A DNA stretch of 64,000 bases from a virus: IMG/VR virus record IMGVR_UViG_3300010334_006426, positions 32,001 through 96,000 of that record; one strand, written 5' to 3'. Both the position numbers and the translations under genes were made by a program. Positions 56,741-64,000 of this stretch are shown in pieces. The notes beneath the pieces are model-generated. The model was not told where the DNA came from. It saw only the letters and a program-made list of their open reading frames with translations, and ran no database searches. The stretch's first letter is position 1, and every line of letters starts with the position of its first letter.

Positions 56741-59296
56741 TCATACAAATTTACAAATAAACACTTTTTTATAATAAGTGTTCCAATCAGCTTCACTTGT
56801 AGTGAGATCTACAACAGGCGTTTTAGCTACACTACTAGCGTAATGGTTTGTTTTAAATGGCCAGCGAAGATTAGAGATACGAATTGTAGGAGAAAGTGGA
56901 CCGCTTACTATTTCACCCCTTCCATTATTACTACTAGGTAACCATGCAATATATCTAAAAGCAACATACATCGGCTTATATCTAGCAGAGTAACCAATAC
57001 GTTTCCCGGCACCATCTTTTAATAGCATAAACGGTGCAATAACATTTAAGTATTTGTTGCTTAGACTGGGATCAAGAGGATCATTACAATAACCAATTTC
57101 GGCTTCTCTGAAGCGACCGTTTAGGCAAGAGGTTAAATCGATTACTTGTTTGGAGGTGCTTACAGGGAGTTGATTATACCGCAATACATTAGGAATAAAA
57201 TGAGGATATAAACCTCCATGTGCAGGTCTGTATTCAGGTTCACTTCCACTTCTTTGCCAGAAATTAGCTCCCCATGGTTTAGAGCCTGAATCAGAACTAA
57301 TAGGAACCGAAAAACCGACTTTGTGCGTTAAGCCTAATCCGTATCTATTTTTTACTTTGCTCTTTTTAAACATAACCATTTCAATAAAAATTTGATAAGC
57401 ATTTAATGTCTCTTGTGTAAAATCATTTACAACAAGTTTTGGTGATTTGTTGATAGTTATGTTACCTCCATATCTTAATGTATTAATATGTTGATGGTTG
57501 TTACTTCTACCGGTAAGATATTGTACATCTGTTGTACCTGCTAATAATATTTTTGGTACCGGTAATTGCGGGGCGCTTAGTGTACTAATATTTGTGTAAG
57601 CGGAATTCCATTGATCACTATTACCACCTAATACTGTAATAACACCATTACTGCTAATAGCCCCATTAGGAAATATTGTGGTACCATCTCTGCCAAATAT
57701 CCATTCATGAAGACTATTCGGCCAATTTGTGCCAATATAGATATCATTGTTATTGCCTATCTGTACATACTGTTCACCATCTGCGCTGGCAAGTCCCCCC
57801 CAATCCCCTGCAGGTGCTACAAACCAACTGCTGCCATCTTGAATCTGTCCTGGATAGCCTTTGGATATTTTACTACCAGTTGGAAATGTTAGATTGCCAT
57901 CTGTGCCAAATGTCCAAGAATTATTATTTGAGGCAAGTCTTATGCCATCTGTTCCTTGCACACCAGGGGTATAATTTTTTGCACGAATGGTGACTGGAGC
58001 TCCAGTGGGGTTTGCAGGCCAAGAGCCTGTAAAATCCCATCGTGCCCCAGGAGAAGCTGTGCCTGCCGCACTGGCAATAGTGGCGACCAACCCACCATTG
58101 AATACAATTTCATAGTCTGTGGGGTTCGCCTGGATTGCTGGTCCCCAGGCAGGGTTGCCTAATCCTGCATTAAAAGTATTAAGACCAACTGAAGTTTGCC
58201 CTGCATAATTAAATAAACCGTTAATTTCAAAACCTACTTGAGCAACTGAAGCGGTATCTGCTAAGGTACCACTGCCAGGGAAAATCAGCGTACCGTTGCT
58301 ACTCAGTACCACTTGATAAGAACCATTGATTAATCTATCCGTCAGACCGCCACCACTAAATATATTTAACAAATCAACACCACCAGACAAGTAGCTACCA
58401 TTTACATTCAAATTACCATTCATAGTACCACCATTGGCATATTGAACAGCAACAGATCCTCCACCACCACCCAAATCTAATATTTTTCTTGCATAGTTTT
58501 TAGCATCTTGAAGAGAAGTATTAACAGTTGTAGTTACATATGTTTTAATTTCCTCTTTTATGAACTCTAAATCACTGTTTTTTTCTACAAGCTCTTGTAT
58601 TTTTATGTCAATATTAGCCGCACTATCAAAATCTTCTTTAAGCTTTTTTGCTACATATTCGTTTAAGTCTTTTTGAGAGGTTTTCTTAAATTCAACAATT
58701 AGTTTATTCTTATAAACTTCTAATTCAGGTTTAATCTGCTCGTAAATTTCTTTGGTAATAGTAGAGGCTTTTTCTAGAACAATTTGAGCCTTCTTTTTTT
58801 CTATTTCAAAATTCTTTTTTTCTTGTTTTAATTGCTCTCTTTGTTCAAATATTTGTCTTTCTAGTTCTAACGCCTTCTGCACAGCTTCAGTATTATTATA
58901 CATTTCTGGTAGCTGTGCTTCAGCTATTTCTGATACTACATTTTGTGTTTCCTCTATAATCTCTGCTAGTTGCTGTGGTAGTTCAACGTGAGTTTTATTT
59001 GTTAATATGTTAAGATTAATTGTAGAGTGTGGTGTCTTAATTTTTTCATTAACAACAATTTTAAATCGTACATCTCTATAACATGTACCGTCGTCTAAAG
59101 TAACATCAGCAACAACATACTTGTCTTCACCCTCCGTAACATATTCCAATATAACTTCTCTGGTTTTTGTTACAAACGTGCCTACATTAAACAAATAGTC
59201 CGAAAATGACTTACAGTATATAACGTTTTCAGACTCATTACTTTCCAGCAATACAAACGGTATCTTATTATTTAAAAATACGTTATACAAGTTCAC
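56741..59296 (-). CDS. Modular fibre-like protein: N-terminal coiled coil, Gly hinge, fibre repeats, unique C-terminal domain
   Basis: GGGGGSVAVQYANGGTMNGNLNV hinge, W.FG.DG...FP repeats; GTG 4 nt after TAAATA. Confidence 0.7.
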   Translation of the reverse strand: MNLYNVFLNNKIPFVLLESNESENVIYCKSFSDYLFNVGTFVTKTREVILEYVTEGEDKYVVADVTLDDGTCYRDVRFKIVVNEKIKTPHSTINLNILTNKTHVELPQQLAEIIEETQNVVSEIAEAQLPEMYNNTEAVQKALELERQIFEQREQLKQEKKNFEIEKKKAQIVLEKASTITKEIYEQIKPELEVYKNKLIVEFKKTSQKDLNEYVAKKLKEDFDSAANIDIKIQELVEKNSDLEFIKEEIKTYVTTTVNTSLQDAKNYARKILDLGGGGGSVAVQYANGGTMNGNLNVNGSYLSGGVDLLNIFSGGGLTDRLINGSYQVVLSSNGTLIFPGSGTLADTASVAQVGFEINGLFNYAGQTSVGLNTFNAGLGNPAWGPAIQANPTDYEIVFNGGLVATIASAAGTASPGARWDFTGSWPANPTGAPVTIRAKNYTPGVQGTDGIRLASNNNSWTFGTDGNLTFPTGSKISKGYPGQIQDGSSWFVAPAGDWGGLASADGEQYVQIGNNNDIYIGTNWPNSLHEWIFGRDGTTIFPNGAISSNGVITVLGGNSDQWNSAYTNISTLSAPQLPVPKILLAGTTDVQYLTGRSNNHQHINTLRYGGNITINKSPKLVVNDFTQETLNAYQIFIEMVMFKKSKVKNRYGLGLTHKVGFSVPISSDSGSKPWGANFWQRSGSEPEYRPAHGGLYPHFIPNVLRYNQLPVSTSKQVIDLTSCLNGRFREAEIGYCNDPLDPSLSNKYLNVIAPFMLLKDGAGKRIGYSARYKPMYVAFRYIAWLPSSNNGRGEIVSGPLSPTIRISNLRWPFKTNHYASSVAKTPVVDLTTSEADWNTYYKKVFICKFV

Positions 59297-59332
59297 TGTT
59301 TATTTATTGTATGTAATATAGGATCAATAAGG

Positions 59333-61000
59333 TTAACTATTATATGCTGCTATCTGTTGACCCACTACCTCTGTAGTAGCAACATTTCTTAAACGATACC
59401 CTATAGTTCCTGATAAACTAGAAGCAGTAAGAGTATTATTGTTTGTTTGCCAGACAGCATCAGGAGTTAATACTGCCGTACCTGTAGTATTATCCACTGC
59501 TACACCAAAAGAAACATTGCTTGCAGAAGGAACAGATAATGTACCTGTTAAGTTGCCTGCAGCATAACTCACGCCAGACCGTACACTGCTAGCAGGGGGA
59601 TAGAATGTGGAGCTCACAGGATCTACCAGTGTTCTCTTGTTTGCATTGTATACATAGAAAACAGCTTGATTGGTAGGGACAGAAGAAAGAAAAACGTTTC
59701 CTGTAGTAGGAGATGCACCTCTGTCTCCATATTCTATTTCTTGCACATAAGTAAATGAGGACTGAGCACCGTTTACACCAGCTTGCAATGTTATACCAGA
59801 AGATCCAATACCAAAAGCATTAGCTTTGGCACGTTTCACATACATGATGCCGGTACTGGTGTTAGATGCTCCAATGCCCAGAGGACCACCATAAGCATTA
59901 CCATTAATTAAAACTGTGCCGGTGCTGGTATTTTGTACCCCATTACCGGAACCAGTAGAACCACCATATGCATCACCATTAATAATCACTGTGCCAGAAC
60001 TACTATTTTGTATGCCCTGAAACGCACTTCCGGAAACATTTCCTAAAATAGTAACAGTACCGCCGCCTGAATTGGTAACTGCGTTTGCAGCATTAGAAGC
60101 TAATAAATTACCTGTGATAGCTATTATTCCTGTAGATGTCTGTGAAATTACCGGGCCAGAAGCTGCTGTAGCTGTAATATTGCTCAAAATATTAATTGTG
60201 CCACTAGAAGCATTGGTCACTGCACTCTGTCCTCCTGTGGGAACAAAATTACCACTCAAAAAAACAACACCAGTTCCACTGTGTGTAAGACCAGTATTGT
60301 TCCCTCCAGTACCGCCTGTTATGGTTCCATAAACATTCACTGAACCTGAGCCAGTGTTGTTTACTCCAAATACATTTGCACTGCCAGTGCCACCAGTAAC
60401 ATTGCCTGTAATGGCCAGGGTGCCTGAACTAGCAAATTCAATGCCTCTGGATGCAGTAGAACCTGTGGCATTTCCAATCAAATTTAGATTGCCGCTATTT
60501 AAACTGGCAGCCACAGAACTGCTGCTAGCTGCTATGTTGCCTGAAACGTTAATGGTTCCAGTGGTTAATCCTGGTGTATATATTCCAAAGCTATTAGATG
60601 CAGACCCTCCATTGACATTGCCAGTCAGAGATATGGTTCCATTAGAAACATTGTTCAAACCAAAGCTAGTAGCATTGGCTGTTCCTCCAGTTACATTACC
60701 CACTACAAATGCATTAGTTCCAGCAGTTCCGGTAAATGCTACACATGCTGTAGTCGTGGATCCAGTGGACCCTGCAAATATGTTTCCTGATAAAGTAATA
60801 TTAGGTTGTATGTAAAACACGCCTCCTGCTGTTGCACTTCCTGTGGTATCATTTCTTAGCTCAGTCACAGTAGTGTTAATATTAATATAAATTATCTTGT
60901 TATTAGCCACAGCTACATCAGCAGAACCTGGCACTACACCACCTGTCCAAGTGGCTGTACTGTTGAAATTACCATTTGCTGCTGCTAAAATTGTGGCCAT
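59333..61000 (-). CDS. G/S/T/N-rich beta-helix fibre/spike protein
   Basis: Roughly 25-28 aa repeats N.S.GT..I.GN.TGG; C-terminal P.AS.V..GV repeats. Confidence 0.7.
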   Translation of the reverse strand: MATILAAANGNFNSTATWTGGVVPGSADVAVANNKIIYININTTVTELRNDTTGSATAGGVFYIQPNITLSGNIFAGSTGSTTTACVAFTGTAGTNAFVVGNVTGGTANATSFGLNNVSNGTISLTGNVNGGSASNSFGIYTPGLTTGTINVSGNIAASSSSVAASLNSGNLNLIGNATGSTASRGIEFASSGTLAITGNVTGGTGSANVFGVNNTGSGSVNVYGTITGGTGGNNTGLTHSGTGVVFLSGNFVPTGGQSAVTNASSGTINILSNITATAASGPVISQTSTGIIAITGNLLASNAANAVTNSGGGTVTILGNVSGSAFQGIQNSSSGTVIINGDAYGGSTGSGNGVQNTSTGTVLINGNAYGGPLGIGASNTSTGIMYVKRAKANAFGIGSSGITLQAGVNGAQSSFTYVQEIEYGDRGASPTTGNVFLSSVPTNQAVFYVYNANKRTLVDPVSSTFYPPASSVRSGVSYAAGNLTGTLSVPSASNVSFGVAVDNTTGTAVLTPDAVWQTNNNTLTASSLSGTIGYRLRNVATTEVVGQQIAAYNS

Positions 61001-61011
61001 ATATAAATTTA

Positions 61012-63999
61012 TTAATAAGTGTAAGAATATCTATTGTTCCAAATGGCATTTGTTATGGTGCCACTGCTTAATAATGTACCAGCTGTACTAAAGTATAATC
61101 TTTTGATAGTCCAGACACTTTGACTGGTAGTTGATCCAGGCACTGCATAACCAAGGTAATTGTAACTGTTTGGTTCCACAACAACAATATCAAACTGCCT
61201 GGTAGTGCCTAGATAGGTAGCACTATTAGTTACCAGGTTGGTATAGGAATTTTCATATTTTCCACTATTGGCACTGAATGCATTGTAAGTGTTATTCCAA
61301 TTAGCTGAAAGTACAGGTATTTGACCCAAATTTACATCAGTTCCACTTAACAAGTATGCTGCACTGTTAGTAACCAGATTGGTGTAGGCATTGGTCCAGA
61401 ATGCGCTGTTAGTATTGGTAGTGGTATAAGCACTATTACCTCCTACCCATCCAGCAGTCAAATTCTTAATATCTGTACCTTGGTAATCCCAAGTGGTAGC
61501 AGAATTTGTATTAACTGTGGTATACACAGAATTCCATAAACCAGATGCAGCTGCTAACAAACTGATATCCACAGCAGACAGATAAGCTGCACTATTACTT
61601 GTTAGATTGGTATATGCTTCAGACCATTTAGCACTGTTAGTATTGGTTGCGGTATAATTGCTGTTCCAATCATTGCTATTGCCTCCTTTAGCGGTAATTG
61701 TACTGTTGCTACTAATGGCACCATTCACAGTTAATTCAGCACCTGGATAACTTTCATTGATACCTACTTTTGCAAGTGTACCGGGTGTAGGTGCGTTCCC
61801 TACATGCAATACCTCAATACCGTCTTGATCATAAAATCTGGCTATATCAAAATTACCGGGCGATTGGCTTACATATAAAGCAGGTCCTGGACCATTATTA
61901 ACAACACTCAAAGCGCTGGTAGTAGTAAAGATAGTATTTCGAAATGTGCTGGAACCTAGAGCAGTTAAATTGCCATTGATGGTAACATTTCGACCGAATG
62001 TGGTGTCTTGATTATTATAAACAATATAAGGGCTGCTTAGTAATAGTGTACCATTATCATCTGGTAAATTATAGGTACGATTAGTTGTAAGCGAATCAGG
62101 AAGAGCTTGAAATGTACCTGTATAAAAACTTCCTATTTCTGCAATAGCAATATCGGTATTAAATGTGCAAAAATTTAAATTAGCCCCCGTCGCATCCACA
62201 GACCCTGTTATATTTAATGCACGAACGGATACCCCATCAAATTCAACAGTATCCGTTGAATTAAGGCTTTGGGAACTTACATTTTGATAAGCGGTATTCC
62301 ATTGAATGCTATCCCCACCTGTTACTTTAACATTTCCATTAACTTCTAATTTTTCTGCAGGTGTTGTGGTTCCTATACCTACATTACCATTTGAATTAAG
62401 TATTCTTAAAGTTTCAATCCAGCTATTTCCATCCCATTTTGAAAATATAAAATCATCAGTTATAGAATTTCCAGGTGTTGCCGATCCAAAAGCTGAAGCT
62501 TTTGAAGGGCCATTATCTTTCCATATCTCAACTGCACCTGAACCACCTATAATAGTTAGAGGAGTTTGACTTCCAGTACCTACTACTTGCATTCTGTGAG
62601 CACCATTGGTGACGTAATTACCTTGCTGCTGACCAACAACTAACTTATCTGTTGTTACGAAATCTGAATTTAATGCAGGGGTAATTATTGTATTCGTTGC
62701 AGTAAGATTATTAACGTATGTGAAGTTAGATTGAGTTGCATTAATGTTACTACCTAAAATAAACGCATTATCTGCACTAAGTGTATTATTAGTACCTCCA
62801 AGTATAGAAGAGTATTGACCGTCAGTTACAGTAAAATCACCTAACGTAGGTTTTATTGCGCTAACCGGTCTTGTATATTCTATTTGAGGATCTAAAGGTA
62901 AATTATACTTTTGAGAAAGATAAACTTCTATTTGTTGTCTTTTACTTTTATCTAATACACGATCAAACGCAATAAGCTCAAAAAGATATCCGGTATAAGG
63001 ACTACCGTTAATAAAAGGTTGAGGATTCGGTCCATCATTTCTTAAATTACTATTTCCAATGATTATCTGTGAACCTGTATTATAAAACCCGCCAAGCCCG
63101 GACCAACTGCCGTCAGGAAGACCATTGAGAAAATGATTAACAAATGTACCATCTGAAGTTATTGATCTTATATATGGAGCACCTATTTGCGATAAGGTGT
63201 TTGTCCACCTAAAATATCCTCCCACATAACTACCGCTTCCATCAATATTACTACCCTGATAACTATTCCGATCTATATAAAAGTTTATACCGGTATCATT
63301 TGAATATAAGTATAGAGGAAACGCAGCATTACCATTAAATATTGCTGTTTTAATATAAACAGCAAAAAAAGTCTGACCTACAAAAGTATTATTATTATAT
63401 AAGCCTACCTTTCCCTCTCTATCAGCAGTATCAAATTTAACATACGGTATACCCCCTAAAACATTACCATCTTGTCCATAGGAAATATCGGAGGTTTCAA
63501 CATCAGGTAGAAATATAAGACTATTTGGTCCTTTGTCTTGCCAGGATACTATGTTACTACCATTTGTTGTTATAGTTCCTGAATCAGTTGCATCAAGCCA
63601 TAACTGTAGTCCATCAAAATTATCAGGAGAGAGAGGGCCTGGATATGGTTTTACAAAAGGCGTTGAGGGTTCTATTACTAACTCATAGGCTTGACTTGAT
63701 AATTTTGAGAAAGCTGTAATATCTATAAACGCACTGCTTAGTGCAGATAAACTAACTGTATTACCGTTAGATATAGATAATTCAGCATTATTTTCATCAA
63801 ACGATAAATTTTGAATACCGGTACTCCATGTACCGGAATATGTTTGTACAGTAGTATAAGTTGAATTCCAATTACCACTATTAGCATGGACTAATGCGTT
63901 AACAGCAGGATCACCTGAGCCGCCACCACCTGTACCAAAGTAGTTAGATATGTCTCTGCCTCCAGAAAGAATGTGACCGTTCACATTCAGATCTCCATT
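61012..63999 (-). CDS. Modular tail-fibre-like protein with LamG-like domain, 5'-truncated
   Basis: Frame is open to the window edge (NGDLNVNGHILSGG); LQLWLDATD...WQDK...IEVYLSQKY domain, GNVGIGTTTP repeat, NSxxW repeats. Confidence 0.75.
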   Translation of the reverse strand, partial: NGDLNVNGHILSGGRDISNYFGTGGGGSGDPAVNALVHANSGNWNSTYTTVQTYSGTWSTGIQNLSFDENNAELSISNGNTVSLSALSSAFIDITAFSKLSSQAYELVIEPSTPFVKPYPGPLSPDNFDGLQLWLDATDSGTITTNGSNIVSWQDKGPNSLIFLPDVETSDISYGQDGNVLGGIPYVKFDTADREGKVGLYNNNTFVGQTFFAVYIKTAIFNGNAAFPLYLYSNDTGINFYIDRNSYQGSNIDGSGSYVGGYFRWTNTLSQIGAPYIRSITSDGTFVNHFLNGLPDGSWSGLGGFYNTGSQIIIGNSNLRNDGPNPQPFINGSPYTGYLFELIAFDRVLDKSKRQQIEVYLSQKYNLPLDPQIEYTRPVSAIKPTLGDFTVTDGQYSSILGGTNNTLSADNAFILGSNINATQSNFTYVNNLTATNTIITPALNSDFVTTDKLVVGQQQGNYVTNGAHRMQVVGTGSQTPLTIIGGSGAVEIWKDNGPSKASAFGSATPGNSITDDFIFSKWDGNSWIETLRILNSNGNVGIGTTTPAEKLEVNGNVKVTGGDSIQWNTAYQNVSSQSLNSTDTVEFDGVSVRALNITGSVDATGANLNFCTFNTDIAIAEIGSFYTGTFQALPDSLTTNRTYNLPDDNGTLLLSSPYIVYNNQDTTFGRNVTINGNLTALGSSTFRNTIFTTTSALSVVNNGPGPALYVSQSPGNFDIARFYDQDGIEVLHVGNAPTPGTLAKVGINESYPGAELTVNGAISSNSTITAKGGNSNDWNSNYTATNTNSAKWSEAYTNLTSNSAAYLSAVDISLLAAASGLWNSVYTTVNTNSATTWDYQGTDIKNLTAGWVGGNSAYTTTNTNSAFWTNAYTNLVTNSAAYLLSGTDVNLGQIPVLSANWNNTYNAFSANSGKYENSYTNLVTNSATYLGTTRQFDIVVVEPNSYNYLGYAVPGSTTSQSVWTIKRLYFSTAGTLLSSGTITNAIWNNRYSYTY

Positions 64000-64000
64000 C

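Noticed and set aside
56684-56941. Plus-strand 85 aa ORF
   Set aside because: Antisense to the fibre gene 3' end, with no supporting signals
60072-61091. Plus-strand ORFs opposite the beta-helix gene and other short antisense ORFs in the track
   Set aside because: Explained by stop-poor antisense frames of biased coding sequence
1-64000. Stop-codon reassignment
   Set aside because: Core genes are full length under code 11 and end in TAA, TGA and TAG
56741-64000. Diversity-generating retroelement acting on fibres
   Set aside because: No reverse transcriptase and no adenine-specific TR/VR pair visible in the window
1-64000. tRNA genes and CRISPR arrays
   Set aside because: Intergenic gaps are very short; no cloverleaf or regularly spaced repeats were seen

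Overview
A 64 kb, AT-rich segment of a large T4-like (myovirus) phage genome, standard genetic code, truncated inside genes at both ends. The left part holds replication and accessory genes: class II glutamine amidotransferase, GT2-like glycosyltransferase, gp41 helicase, probable gp59, gp32 SSB, gp45 clamp, NDP-rhamnose epimerase/reductase and gp61 primase, with dUTPase and gp44 further on. These are interleaved with single inverted late genes. The rest is a rearranged morphogenesis region: gp14, gp17, gp3, gp18, gp19, baseplate genes, a gp16-like gene, gp25, gp6, about 19 kb of PKD/lectin/propeller adhesin-like genes, then gp13, gp4, gp21, gp22 and gp23, followed by a minus-strand cluster of modular fibre genes. 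The strongest unexplained signal is a near-universal leaderless promoter geometry. TAAATA lies 4-5 nt before 19 start codons, and TTG-N16-TANNNT promoters sit 6 nt before early starts. The same cassette occurs in frame inside two ORFs, predicting nested isoforms. Other leads are a family of late orphan proteins with gp21-type N-terminal leaders, possible virion glycosylation, a candidate structured RNA, and shared peptide modules among fibre proteins. All assignments come from motif recognition by eye, with no database searches.
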